Positions 1 through 10,488 of a stretch of DNA of 57,855 bases are shown piece after piece. Within the stretch, counting starts at the first letter, position 1. The number at the start of each line of letters is the position of its first letter. Source of the stretch: Nitrospinota bacterium. GTDB taxonomy: Bacteria > UBA8248. The position numbers and the translations under genes are program-made. A model generated the notes under the pieces. The model had not been told where the DNA came from. It did no database searches and saw nothing but the letters and a program-made list of their open reading frames with translations. The stretch covers positions 1 through 57,855 of the forward strand of contig JASLZZ010000130.1 of the NCBI GenBank assembly GCA_030754595.1, read 5' to 3'.

Positions 1-255
1 TACGGTGGATCTGGATGGAAGAGGTGCCCAGGAGGGTATCTTTTTGTGGACTTTTTGGACTTCTCGGCGGGAAGTACCGCCGACAGGGAAAATAAGGCCG
101 TATTTTGCGAAAAGGAGAGCGTTGCCGCATAATTCCGGTTATAAGATGTTAATTTTCCCAACTGTGAGTGGAATTATGGATATATAAAAAAGAGAGAATT
201 GCAAATATTAACAGTTAAACCAGAGAATTATATCTAAACTAAGGAACCATTTCGA

Positions 256-1285
256 ATGCCAGAAAATGACAAGCCTGCGAGCGACCAAAGCCAAAAGAAG
301 GACCGGCTGAAAACCGGCCAGGGAAGTGACGGGAAAGGTAAAACTCGCGTGCGGCTCCGCCCCGTCGCCCTTGGAAATATCCCTTGGGGAATTCAGGCGC
401 CGGTCGATCTGTATATAAACAAAGGAAAAGAACTCTCCCTCCTTTTCAGGAAGGACCAAAGACTGTCGTCGGATGCCTATGTGGAAATTTCCAAAGTGAC
501 CGACCGGTTATATTACGACAAGGAAGCCGACGTTAACTGGCAAACCTTTGTTGAGAGTAATCTTTCAGCGATTCTCGATTCTCCCCTTCCCACCGAGGGA
601 AAAGCGGCCGTTGCCTACGGCTCCGCCACACGTTAAACTCAACAGATATTCAGTGAGTTCAACGAGGAAGGCTACGAGGTGGCCAATACGACCGTTGAGG
701 CTATCAACAAGTTGATGGATAAACCAGGCGCCATAGAAAGTTTCTTCCAGCTTACCGTTCACGACTATTATACCTACACCCACTCCGTACACGTTTACAT
801 ATATTCGTCCATGCTCACCAGGGAGATTATCGGGGATGAAAACGAGGCGCTCCTGAAAGAGCTTGGCGTGGGATTCCTGTTGCACGATATCGGAAAAAAA
901 AGGTATCTCTCCCGAGATACTCAACAAAAAAGGAAAGTTGGACGACGACGAATGGGAGGAAATCAAAAAACACCCGGCTACAGGCTATGACCTATTAACA
1001 GAAATTTCCGGCGGATTAACCGAAGAAGTCACCCAAATCGTTCTTCAGCACCACGAAAAGATTGATGGGTCAGGCTACCCGAAAGGGCTAAAAGAAATCG
1101 ACATCGGTCGGTTCGGAAGAATATATTGTATCGTGGATGTTTACGATGCGCTTACAACAAAGCGCTCTTACAAGGAAGCCATGTCGAAAATGACAGCCTT
1201 CACAATTATGCAGGACAGCCCCGGACACTTTGACGAAAAACTTCTCGCCCGATTCATTCGACTTGCCGTGCCTCATCTCGAATAG
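256..1285 (+). pseudogene. HD-GYP domain c-di-GMP phosphodiesterase, interrupted
   Basis: HD-GYP motifs are spread over three ORF pieces (YTYTHSVHV, LLHDIGK, HHEKIDGSGYPKGL, IVDVYDALTTKRSY). In-frame TAA at 634-636 and a +1 frameshift in the A8 run at 894-901. Confidence 0.85.
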
Positions 1286-1338
1286 CCTGCTTCATTTTTT
1301 CCGGCCCCCATTACCGCCCGAAAGAACAGGCATCCGGA

Positions 1339-2022
1339 ATGCATTTTTCAACAAGGCCTTACATATCTCCGCCCACCGGATATTTTGTTAGGGCATATAT
1401 ATGCGCTGCGGTTTTCCTTCTTTTTTTGTCGGGTTGTTCCTCTACACCTGATTATCCATCGGCCGCACCTCTATCCGCTTCCCAGGAAGGTCTTAGAGGG
1501 TATGCCTCTTGGTACGGTCCTCCCTATCACGGCCGAAAAACATCAAACGGCGAAATTTACGACATGTACGCCTTCACCGCGGCTCACCGCACACTTCCTT
1601 TCAATTCCCGGGTTCGCGTTAAACGGCTCGATAGCGGCGAATTCGTTGATGTACGAATTAACGATAGGGGCCCTTTCGTCAATGACCGAGTGATCGATCT
1701 ATCCAAGGGAGCAGCCGGAAAAATCAATATGATCTCCAAAGGAATTGCATATGTCCAATTAATTCCCCTCCGGATTCCTCCCGGGAAACACGGCAGGTGG
1801 CTCATTATGATAGGAGGATTCCGAAGCAGAAAAGAGGCATTTAATTTCACAAGCATAATGCAAAATCGCTCCAAAAAATCACGAGTTGTCCGTGGATGGC
1901 ATGGAGACCGAAATCGTTATCGCGTCCAGCTCGAAGGCTTTAGGAGCCGTCAAAGAGCGATTAATCTTAAGAATCTCTTGAAACGAAAAGGGTATGACGC
2001 TTTCCTGGTACGGATCGGGTAG
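1339..2022 (+). CDS. rlpA: Septal ring lytic transglycosylase RlpA family lipoprotein with C-terminal SPOR-like domain
   Basis: Lipobox LSGC; GYASWYG, TAAHRTLPF and VRINDRGPF..RVIDLS motifs; basic SPOR-like C-terminus. Confidence 0.9.
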   Translation: MHFSTRPYISPPTGYFVRAYICAAVFLLFLSGCSSTPDYPSAAPLSASQEGLRGYASWYGPPYHGRKTSNGEIYDMYAFTAAHRTLPFNSRVRVKRLDSGEFVDVRINDRGPFVNDRVIDLSKGAAGKINMISKGIAYVQLIPLRIPPGKHGRWLIMIGGFRSRKEAFNFTSIMQNRSKKSRVVRGWHGDRNRYRVQLEGFRSRQRAINLKNLLKRKGYDAFLVRIG

Positions 2023-2034
2023 GTCACCCTGCCA

Positions 2035-2580
2035 TCAAAGATTTCTGAGACGCTCCTCCACCGCATCCGCGTCGGTGAGAGGTTCCCGACAAACAAAATT
2101 CTCACAAATATAAACGGTAGCCGCGCTCTCCAATCTAACTTTTCCATCCAAAAAAGGCACCAGATTATTCGAATCGGTTCCATCCATGCCGGACTGAAAA
2201 GCAAGCACTTTGTTGGGGAGAAATACCCTATTCACCGCTCGGAGCGACGTTTTGCTGTCCAGAGAAAGAAGATCCCTCGCTATGGCGATTTCAAGGGGCT
2301 TATCAAGATGAAAATCAAGTGCGATGAGAAGCATAGGAAAAGCGGCTGGAACTTTTTCAAGGAGCTGCCCGTAGGCCTTAATTGTCCTAAACCCTTTCTC
2401 GGAAAAAAAAGTCATCCTCCAATAATTTCCCCAGACGCAGCAAAGCAATCGCCGCCACGGAATTCCCCGAGGGAATAGCGCCATCCTGTGATGTTTTCTT
2501 TCGGACGATGAGGTCTTCGTGATCGCTCGCCGTGAAAAAGAACCCCTCCCCGTCGTCATCCCAAAAGCGGGTGATCGCCT
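2035..2580 (-). pseudogene. C-terminal fragment of a YyaL/SSP411-like thioredoxin-domain protein, frameshifted
   Basis: RFWDDDGEGFFFT..DGAIPSGNSVAA..LLRLG in one frame, continuing to AT.YICENFVCREP in another. Shift at the T8 run (A8 at 2403-2410 on +). The N-terminal part of the protein is absent. Confidence 0.75.
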
Positions 2581-2719
2581 CCCGATCTCCTTCGCTCTCC
2601 GGACGGATCGCCAAGTTTTTCACGAATTCTTCTCTCCTATCCACGGAATGATGTTCCAACAGGGGCGCTTTCCTTGATTCCGCGCCGAGCACCAATAATC
2701 CGGGAGAGGAAGCCTCCCT

Positions 2720-4063
2720 CTAGGCCAAGCCTTCGATGACCGCCGTGGCGAGCTCGCTGCCGCGGTGGAGGAGATCGATCCGCAGATTTTCCTCGGGGGC
2801 GTGGGCGTTCGAGTCGGCGTTCGCGAAGGGGAACCAGAGCGAAGGAATGCCGAGATCGCGGGTGAAGTGAATGTCCGGGACGCTGCCCCCGGAGTTGGGA
2901 AAGACAATGGGCGGCTCGCCCCGCGCGGCGACGGCCGAGAAGATTTTCTCGATGAGGGGGTGGTCGGCGGGCGTCTTGCTCGGAAAAAAAGCGGCCTTCC
3001 GATCCACCTCGATGTCTCCGAAGCCCTCGGAGTCGAGGAATTCACATAAATCCCCGAAAATCTGGTCCGGGTCCTGATCAACCACGAGGCGAAAATCGAG
3101 TTTCGCCCTGGCCCCGCCGGGAAGGACGGTCTTCACCCCCTCCTGGGAGTAGCCGCCCTGAAAACCGCAAATATTCAAGTTCGGCTGGACGAGGGTTCTC
3201 TCGTAGAAGGCTGCGGGCTCGGGTATCCGCCGCATCCCCTCCTCGCCAAGGGCGGCGGCGAGTTCCGAGGCCGGGTCGGGAATCTCGGCGAGAGCCTTCC
3301 GGTCGGCCTCGCCCACCGGGCGGACAGCTCCGTAGAATCCGGGCACGCGCACACGGCCCTCCTCGTCCCGCAGGACGCGGACGGCCTCGATGAGCCGCCA
3401 GAACGGGCTCGCCACCGCACCGCCGTAGATCCCGGAGTGGAGATCCTTGCCCGCGCCCCTCGAGATTAGTTCGACATACAAAAGTCCGCGGCAGCCGAGC
3501 GTGATCGTCGGACGGTCCGAGGGGTGGAGGGAACCGTCCGACGAGCAGGCGATGTCCGCGCGGAAGAGATCGCGGTGCTCCGCCACGAACGCCCCCAAAT
3601 TCGTCGAACCCATCTCCTCTTCGCCCTCGATCAGGAATTTGACGTTGATCGGAAGCGCGGCGCCGGTCTCACGATAGGCCTGGGCCGCCTTGATCTGGGC
3701 GAAGTGCTGTCCCTTGTTGTCGGCGGCCCCACGGGCGTAGATGCGCCCATCGCGGATGTCGGGCTCGAAGGGCGGCGATGTCCAGCCCTCGGCGGCGTCC
3801 GCCGGCTGGACATCATAGTGCCCGTAAACGAGAAGCGTCGCCGCCCCCTCGGGGCCCTTCACCTCGCCGAAGACGGCGGGGTGACCGGCGGTGTCCATGA
3901 TCCGGGTGTCGATGCCGGCCCGCTCCATCAGGGCGGCCAGGTGCTCGGCTCCCTCGCGGACGCGGTGGCCGGTCGTGGAGACGCAGGGAATTTTCAGATA
4001 TTCGAGGAACTCGGCGAGATTCTCCTCCCGCCGGGAACGGAGGTACTCGATGACGGTGGACAT
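2720..4063 (-). CDS. M20 family dipeptidase / metallohydrolase
   Basis: YGHYDVQP, ARGAADNKGQ, EGEEEMGS and AHAPEEN motifs. Confidence 0.9.
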   Translation of the reverse strand: MSTVIEYLRSRREENLAEFLEYLKIPCVSTTGHRVREGAEHLAALMERAGIDTRIMDTAGHPAVFGEVKGPEGAATLLVYGHYDVQPADAAEGWTSPPFEPDIRDGRIYARGAADNKGQHFAQIKAAQAYRETGAALPINVKFLIEGEEEMGSTNLGAFVAEHRDLFRADIACSSDGSLHPSDRPTITLGCRGLLYVELISRGAGKDLHSGIYGGAVASPFWRLIEAVRVLRDEEGRVRVPGFYGAVRPVGEADRKALAEIPDPASELAAALGEEGMRRIPEPAAFYERTLVQPNLNICGFQGGYSQEGVKTVLPGGARAKLDFRLVVDQDPDQIFGDLCEFLDSEGFGDIEVDRKAAFFPSKTPADHPLIEKIFSAVAARGEPPIVFPNSGGSVPDIHFTRDLGIPSLWFPFANADSNAHAPEENLRIDLLHRGSELATAVIEGLA

Positions 4064-4134
4064 GATTCCTCCCCGGGAAATGGGTTATTTTAAGATAGCG
4101 TTGCCACATCGGATTTCGCTCATTATGCTCCCAG

Positions 4135-5145
4135 ATGACCGCCATGAAAATCGCGGGGCCCGCCGGAAACGGACTAGCCCCGCCGGAGAAAATTCGTTTG
4201 AGTTTCGACCTTGGGCGGGAAGATAAGCCCCGCCGCCGGAGACGCGCCGGCCTCAGGAAAACACTCCTCCTGATCACCCTTATGATCGCGGTGACGAGTT
4301 GCGTCCGGGCGCGGACGGTCGGGCTCCGGCCGCTCGAGTCTCCCACCTACGCCTACGAGGAGGCATCCATCGACCTCCCCGGAGGAGATCCAGGCGTCCG
4401 CCTCGACGGTTATTTCACCCGGCCGAAGGCGGAGGGGAGATTTCCCTGCGCGGTTCTCCTTCACGGCAAGGGCGGCTGGTGGCGGGCCTACCTCCGCTAC
4501 GCGCGCGAGCTGGCCGGCCGGGGGATCGCCTCGCTCATCCTCGATTACTACTCGGGCCATTACGTCGATCTTGAGGGCCTCAGCGTCCCCTTCGAGCACC
4601 GTCGGAAACAGTTCGAGCTTCAGAACAGCGACATCCGCGCGGCGGCAGCGGCGTTTTCAAGGCGCCCAGTCTGTGCCGGAGGCCAGGTGGGGCTGATCGG
4701 CTTCTCGCTCGGGGCCGACAAAGCCTTCCGCACCGCGGCGGCCCAGCCCGGAATCAAGGCGGTGGTCGCCTATTACGGGCCCTACGACTATGTTTCCTTC
4801 ATCCGCTACCGCGTGAACGCGGTGCTCCTCGCGCTGGCGGGCGAGGAGGCCCTCCGCTGGAAAAGCTATCTGGAGAAAAACAGCCCTCTCGCCATGGCCG
4901 GCAAGGTCGAGGCCAACGTGCTTTTATTCCACGGCGTCGAGGACCGCACGATCCGGGCCGCGCAATCCGTCCGGATGCTGGCCGCCCTTATGCGGCGGGG
5001 CGAGCGGAGCGCCCGGATGAAACTCTACGGGAGGGCCGGGCACAATTTCGTCCTCAGGCGGGGCCTGAGTGCCGAGCGGTCGGACTCACTCCGGCTGACG
5101 GTCGCCTTCCTCCGGGAAAATCTCACTCCTAAAACCGGCCTCTGA
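4135..5145 (+). CDS. Dienelactone hydrolase-like alpha/beta hydrolase, possibly membrane-anchored or a lipoprotein
   Basis: GFSLG nucleophile elbow, FHGVED and GHNF motifs; hydrophobic segment ending in AVTSC. Start codon uncertain. Confidence 0.75.
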   Translation: MTAMKIAGPAGNGLAPPEKIRLSFDLGREDKPRRRRRAGLRKTLLLITLMIAVTSCVRARTVGLRPLESPTYAYEEASIDLPGGDPGVRLDGYFTRPKAEGRFPCAVLLHGKGGWWRAYLRYARELAGRGIASLILDYYSGHYVDLEGLSVPFEHRRKQFELQNSDIRAAAAAFSRRPVCAGGQVGLIGFSLGADKAFRTAAAQPGIKAVVAYYGPYDYVSFIRYRVNAVLLALAGEEALRWKSYLEKNSPLAMAGKVEANVLLFHGVEDRTIRAAQSVRMLAALMRRGERSARMKLYGRAGHNFVLRRGLSAERSDSLRLTVAFLRENLTPKTGL

Positions 5146-5281
5146 AGATCGACTGCCGGGGGCACAATCGTTGTGGACACACCCATCGGCCGGAGGCCAC
5201 CCGGCCGGATATATAGTATCCTTTCCCCCGTTTTTTTAGATAGTTCCTCTGAGTCGGCGATTCGAACGGCTGGAGAAATGA

Positions 5282-5701
5282 ATGCTCGATGAAGGTGCCG
5301 TCAAGGAGTTGTCGGATGAACACTACAATGGCACGATCATCGGCATCGAGCGGACCCACGAGACGCTCGCCCTTTTCCGGATCAAGACCGACTTTCCGAT
5401 TCCCGGCTACAGACCGAGCCAATACACCACCCTGGGCCTGGGCTACTGGGAGCCCCGCCACGAGGACGCTGTAAAGGAAGGGGAACTGGGCTAGGAGAAG
5501 ATCGGCCGCAAGATGGACCCCTCCGACACCCACATCTTCCTCTGCGGAAACCCCGCCATGCTCGGCATCCCCAAGGTGCGCGAGGGCGAGAAAATCTGGC
5601 CGGAGGGGAAAATGGTCGTCATCCAACTCATGGAAAACCAGGGCTTCTTCATAGACTACGGCCGGACGAAGGGAAACATCCACTACGAAAAGTATTGGTA
5701 G
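5282..5701 (+). pseudogene. Ferredoxin-NADP+ reductase remnant (internal deletion plus amber codon)
   Basis: N-terminal YNGTI..QYTTLGLGYWEPR joins in frame, across TAG 5492-5494, to the C-terminal HIFLCGNPAM..IHYEKYW. The central RxYS/NADP-binding region is missing. Confidence 0.75.
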
Positions 5702-5741
5702 CGGCCCGAAAACCGCGCTACCCTCAACCATCGGAGGGAAG

Positions 5742-6521
5742 ATGTCCCACCTGATCTGCGAGGAAGACGCCGGAATCGTCACCCTCACCCTGAACCGCCC
5801 CGGCGTGCGAAACGCCATCGACGATGAAATAATGCGGCTTCTCTCGGAGCGGATCGGCGGCCTGGCCGGGGATGACTCCCTGTGTGCGGTGCTGATCACG
5901 GGGGCGGGAGACGAGGCTTTCTGCGCGGGGGGCGACCTCAAATGGCTCCAGAGCTTCGAGGGGGCCGAGGCAGGCGAGGCGATGAGCCGCCGGATGCAGG
6001 ACATCCTCGCCCGCCTGGCGAATCTTCCGGTTCCGGTTATCGGGGTGCTGAACGGCTACGCCCTCGGTGGCGGCACCGAGATCGCCCTCTCGTGCGACCT
6101 GCGCGTGATGGAAGAGAGCGCCTACCTGAGCTTCAAGCAGGCTCGCGTGGGCCTCATGCCCGGCTGGGGCGGGGGCGCCCGACTCCTCCGCCTCGCCGGC
6201 TACGCCCGGGCGATGGAGCTTCTGACCACCTGCCGCGACCTTCCCGCCCGCGAGGCGCTCGCGATCGGGGTGGCCAACGCCGTCGCACCCGACGGCGAAG
6301 GGCTCGCAGAGGGCCGGCGCATCGCCCGCGAGATCGTCCGCGCCGCGCCGCTTTCCGTCCGCTCGATCAAAAAACTGCTGATCGAAGCCGCGGAAAAACC
6401 GATGACCGAGGCGGCGGACCTCGAAGCGAGATTATTCAGCCGGATCTGGACCTCGGAGGACCACGACGAGGCGGTGAGAGCTTTTTTCGAAAAGCGCGAG
6501 CCGAATTTCAAGGGCCGTTAA
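5742..6521 (+). CDS. Enoyl-CoA hydratase/isomerase family protein
   Basis: AFCAGGDL, NGYALGGGTEIALSCD and C-terminal AFFEKREPNFKG. Confidence 0.9.
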   Translation: MSHLICEEDAGIVTLTLNRPGVRNAIDDEIMRLLSERIGGLAGDDSLCAVLITGAGDEAFCAGGDLKWLQSFEGAEAGEAMSRRMQDILARLANLPVPVIGVLNGYALGGGTEIALSCDLRVMEESAYLSFKQARVGLMPGWGGGARLLRLAGYARAMELLTTCRDLPAREALAIGVANAVAPDGEGLAEGRRIAREIVRAAPLSVRSIKKLLIEAAEKPMTEAADLEARLFSRIWTSEDHDEAVRAFFEKREPNFKGR

Positions 6522-6540
6522 AACGGAAAGGAGATATATC

Positions 6541-8133
6541 GTGCCCGAAGGCGACAAGCGAAAACGCTTCGTGACCCACTCGGACCTGCCCATCAAGGCC
6601 CTCTACGGGCCCGGCGACGTTTCCCCGGCCACCGGGGAAGAAGAGCCCGGCGAGTATCCATTCACCCGGGGCATTCATCCCGAGATGTACCGCCGCCGCC
6701 TCTGGACGATGCGCCAGTACTCGGGTTTCGGCACCGCCGAGGAGACCAACCGGCGCTACCGCTTTTTGCTCGAACAGGGCGGCGCCGGCCTTTCGGTGGC
6801 CCTCGACCTTCCCACCCAGATCGGGATCGACAGCGACGACGAGCGCGCCGCGGGCGAGGTCGGCAAGGTGGGCGTCGCCATCGACACCCTCGCCGACATG
6901 GAAACCCTGTTCGAGGGAATCCCCCTCGGTGAAATCAGCACCTCGTTCACCATCAACTCGACGGCGGCGATCCTCTATGCGATGTACATCGCCGTCGCCC
7001 GAAAACAAGACGTCCCCCACGGGGAGATCACCGGGACCATCCAGAACGATATCCTCAAGGAGTACGTCTCCCGGGGGACCTGGATTTTTCCGCCCGAGCC
7101 CTCCCTGCGCCTCATCGTGGACACCATCGAATACGGCGCCGCCCACACGCCCCGCTTCAACACCATCAGCGCCGCCGGCGCCCATTTTCGCGACGCCGGG
7201 TCCACCGCCGTCCAGGAGGGCGGCTTCACCCTCGCCGACGCTATCGTCTACGCTGAGCGGTGCGCCGCGCGCGGGATGGATATCGACACCTTCGCCCCGC
7301 GGTTCAGCTTCTATTTTTACACCCACTCCGATTTCTTCGAGGAGATCGCCAAGTACCGCGCCATGCGCCGCCTCTGGGCGCGCATCATGCGCGAGCGCTT
7401 CGGGGCGAAGGACCCGAGGAGTTGGAAATTCCGCTTCGGCGTCGTCTGCGGGGGGAGCACCCTGACCGCCGCCGACCCCGAGAACAACATCGTGCGCGTG
7501 GCCTACCAGGCCCTCTCCTCCGTTCTCGGCGGGGTGCAGACCATGTTCACCTGCGCCTACGACGAGGCCCTGGCCCTCCCGACCGAGGAGAGCGCCCTTC
7601 TCGCCCTACGCACCCAGCAAATCATCGCCGAGGAGACCGGCGTCACCGGCACGGCGGACCCCTTCGGCGGCTCCTATTTTCTCGAAAACCTCACCGACGA
7701 GATGGAGGCCGCCATGGAGTCGCTCATCGGCGCCGTCGAGTCCGAAGGCGGGATGGTCTCCTGCATCGAGTGCGGCCTGATCCAGCGGTGGATATCCGAT
7801 AGCGCCTACAAAACCCAGAAAGAAATCGACTCGGGCGAGCGGATCGTCATCGGAGTGAACCGGCATGCCGGGGAAGCTGCGGAGAGCCAGTCGCTCTTCT
7901 CGATCTCCCCCCATCTCGCCGAGCAGCAGGTCGAGCGCCTCAATAAAGTAAAGGCGGGCCGCGACCCGGCCCAGGTCGAGGCCACCCTCGCCCGCATCGG
8001 AGACGCTGCCCGGGGGACGGCGAACCTGATGGAGCCCATCGGCGAGGCCGCCGGCGCCTACGCCACCGTCGGCGAGATATCGAACGTTCTCAGGGGCGTT
8101 TTCGGCGAGTTTCAAGAGCCGGCGGGGATTTAA
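6541..8133 (+). CDS. B12-dependent acyl-CoA mutase large (substrate-binding) subunit, methylmalonyl-CoA mutase family
   Basis: PGEYPFTRGI, WTMRQYSGFG, GEVGKVGVAID, GTIQNDILKEY and FFEEIAKYRAMRR. No DxHxxG B12-binding domain. Confidence 0.9.
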   Translation: MPEGDKRKRFVTHSDLPIKALYGPGDVSPATGEEEPGEYPFTRGIHPEMYRRRLWTMRQYSGFGTAEETNRRYRFLLEQGGAGLSVALDLPTQIGIDSDDERAAGEVGKVGVAIDTLADMETLFEGIPLGEISTSFTINSTAAILYAMYIAVARKQDVPHGEITGTIQNDILKEYVSRGTWIFPPEPSLRLIVDTIEYGAAHTPRFNTISAAGAHFRDAGSTAVQEGGFTLADAIVYAERCAARGMDIDTFAPRFSFYFYTHSDFFEEIAKYRAMRRLWARIMRERFGAKDPRSWKFRFGVVCGGSTLTAADPENNIVRVAYQALSSVLGGVQTMFTCAYDEALALPTEESALLALRTQQIIAEETGVTGTADPFGGSYFLENLTDEMEAAMESLIGAVESEGGMVSCIECGLIQRWISDSAYKTQKEIDSGERIVIGVNRHAGEAAESQSLFSISPHLAEQQVERLNKVKAGRDPAQVEATLARIGDAARGTANLMEPIGEAAGAYATVGEISNVLRGVFGEFQEPAGI

Positions 8134-8289
8134 TCGGCCGCCATCCCCCTTGCCCGCACCCCCCGGATCGGGAATAATCGGCGGGTCGATTTCAAGAACG
8201 ATTTCCAGTGGCCCGCCAGCAGCCCACCAGCGCTGGAGCCCGGATTTCCGCTTTTTTCCCGACATTATTATCTGGAGGTAGTCTCACCC

Positions 8290-10158
8290 ATGTGGACGGA
8301 CACCAAAAACGAAAACAACGCGCCGGCCGACTATAAATACCGGAGCGCCTCGGTCGATCTCACGGCCGGAAACATCACGATCGAAGAGAAGGCCTGCGCC
8401 GACCTCGAGGAATTCCTCGGCGGCATCGGACGGCTCTTCAAGGTCCTCACCGGCTACGACGTATCGGACCCCTACGACCCCGCCGCACCTCTCGTCATGG
8501 AACTCGGCTGTTTTTCGGGCACCAACGTGATGACCGGCCTGCGCACCTTCTTCGGCGGCTACAGCCCGCTCAAGAGCACCCGCGCGGGCGCGCCCTCGGC
8601 GATGTGGTCGGCCGGCTCGGGCAAGTTCGGGTCGAAAACCGCCTTCGCCGGCGTCGACGAGATCGTCTTCACCGGCCGGAGCGAGAAGCCCGTCACCCTC
8701 GTGATCAAAAGCGAGGCCGTGGGCGGGCCGCCCACCTTCGAGCTCGTGGACGCCGCCTCCCTCCTCGAAAAGACGGCCCACGACAAGATCATGGACCTTC
8801 AGGGCCGGTACGCGGACGCCCACTTCGCCGTCATCGGCCCCTCGGGCGAGAATTTCGAGACCAACCGCATGGCGGCCATCGCCCTGAGCTCTGAGAACCA
8901 GCTCAAGAGCGGGGACAACAAACCGCGCTTCTGCGGCCGGGGCGGCTTCGGCGGCGTGATGGGGAGCAAGAACCTCATCGCCATCGTCTCCCAGGCGCCC
9001 GACGATAAAACCCGGGTGACCGAAGTGGTGAAGGAGGCCAACAAGGTCATCTCCAAGGGCGCCGGCTCTAAAAACTACCGCGACGCCCACAAAACGGACG
9101 GCGGCGGCGGAACCTGGCGCAACATCGCGGGCCTTCATGCCATCGGCTGCCTGCCCGAGAACAACTTCGAGACCCCCGGAAGCGAGGACGCCGTGGCGCT
9201 CTACCGGGGCTCTTTCGAGGAGCCCTACGTCATCAAGGATGAGCCCTGCTTCAAGTGCGGCATCGCCTGCCACAAGAACATCTACGACCGGCCCGAGGGC
9301 GAGACCGCCGAGGGGCGAAAGGCCAAGAGGGGGCCCTTCCGCGCGAAATTCGACTACGAGCCCCTCGACCTCATGGCGGCCAACTGCGGCGTCTACGACG
9401 CGGAGCAGGCCCTCGAGCTGGTCGAACTGGCCGATCTCTACTCCTACGATGCCATCAGCCTCGGCGCCACCATCAGCTATGCGATGGACTGGAACCGCCG
9501 CAACCCGAACAACCAGATTTTGGACGGCATGGTCTTCGGCGACTTCGAAAAAATGGTGAAATTCATCAAGGAAACCGCCGCCGGGCGCTGCAACCTGCTC
9601 GGGCAGGGCTCGATGCGCCTCGCCCTGGAGATGGGCGACCTCTCCTTCGCCATGCAGGGAAAGGGCCTCGAATACCCGGCCTATCTCCCCGACACAAACC
9701 CCGGCTACCCCTGGGCGCTCGCGGGCGGGCACATGAGCATGAGGACCTTCCTGCTCCTCATCCTCGACGGCCAGAAAACCGACATGGACTACTGGGAGAA
9801 CGCCATCCTGAACGGCATCTACTACACGCGCGACGACCTCATCGGCACCTGCAAGTTCGCCGGCGTGCCCAACGGCAACATCATCGACAGCATCAACGAC
9901 ATGTTCGGCCTCTCGATCACCGAGGAGGAGATGAACACCGCCATCCGGCGGACCTATCTCCGGGGCCGGCTGCTCGAGAAAAAGGTGGGCTACACCGATG
10001 AAGAGTACGACGTGCCCGCCCGCGTCTACGAGCGGGTGAACGAAAACATCAAGGTGCCCGCCTTCATCACCCGCGAGTTCATGGACGAGCTCAAGGGGCG
10101 GGTCGAAAAGGGCTGGGACGATCTCACCGAAAAAGAGGGAATTTCATTCCCAGCATAG
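8290..10158 (+). CDS. Aldehyde:ferredoxin oxidoreductase (AOR, W/Mo-pterin) family protein
   Basis: SPLKS, IGPSGEN, GRGGFGGVMGSKNL, CFKCGIAC 4Fe-4S motif, KGLEYPAY and a distal Cys in GTCKF. Confidence 0.85.
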   Translation: MWTDTKNENNAPADYKYRSASVDLTAGNITIEEKACADLEEFLGGIGRLFKVLTGYDVSDPYDPAAPLVMELGCFSGTNVMTGLRTFFGGYSPLKSTRAGAPSAMWSAGSGKFGSKTAFAGVDEIVFTGRSEKPVTLVIKSEAVGGPPTFELVDAASLLEKTAHDKIMDLQGRYADAHFAVIGPSGENFETNRMAAIALSSENQLKSGDNKPRFCGRGGFGGVMGSKNLIAIVSQAPDDKTRVTEVVKEANKVISKGAGSKNYRDAHKTDGGGGTWRNIAGLHAIGCLPENNFETPGSEDAVALYRGSFEEPYVIKDEPCFKCGIACHKNIYDRPEGETAEGRKAKRGPFRAKFDYEPLDLMAANCGVYDAEQALELVELADLYSYDAISLGATISYAMDWNRRNPNNQILDGMVFGDFEKMVKFIKETAAGRCNLLGQGSMRLALEMGDLSFAMQGKGLEYPAYLPDTNPGYPWALAGGHMSMRTFLLLILDGQKTDMDYWENAILNGIYYTRDDLIGTCKFAGVPNGNIIDSINDMFGLSITEEEMNTAIRRTYLRGRLLEKKVGYTDEEYDVPARVYERVNENIKVPAFITREFMDELKGRVEKGWDDLTEKEGISFPA

Positions 10159-10181
10159 GTTTTTTCAGCCAGGCAAAACAA

Positions 10182-10215
10182 AACGCCCCGCCGCGATCTA
10201 TCGCGGCGGGGCGTT
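10182..10215. terminator. Intrinsic terminator hairpin between convergent genes
   Basis: aacgccccgccgcgat / atcgcggcggggcgtt perfect inverted repeat; T-rich tail on the minus strand. Confidence 0.8.
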
Positions 10216-10246
10216 CATTGTTCTACGGGGCGGGGCCTCCTCTCCA

Positions 10247-10477
10247 TCAGTGGTGCGCGTGAGCGCCTCGTTGATGCACACCGCAGGGGCATGCATTCGA
10301 GCTGAGATCAACTACCCCGCCCCGGCGGTGGATGCTCGTTCGCGCGGCGAAACCCGAGACCAGCCGGTCGAGCTTCTTGGACCCGCAGGCCGGACAGGCG
10401 TCCCGCTCCAGGGGGGTGCCGGTGATGCTCTCGAACATCTCGCCGCAGGCCTCGCAGCAATACTCGTGAATCGGCAT
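10247..10477 (-). CDS. FmdB family zinc-ribbon protein
   Basis: MPIHEYCCEACG..CPACGS pattern; GGAGG RBS upstream; extra CPC and His-rich C-terminus. Confidence 0.8.
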   Translation of the reverse strand: MPIHEYCCEACGEMFESITGTPLERDACPACGSKKLDRLVSGFAARTSIHRRGGVVDLSSNACPCGVHQRGAHAHH

Positions 10478-10488
10478 CGCGCTTCCTC

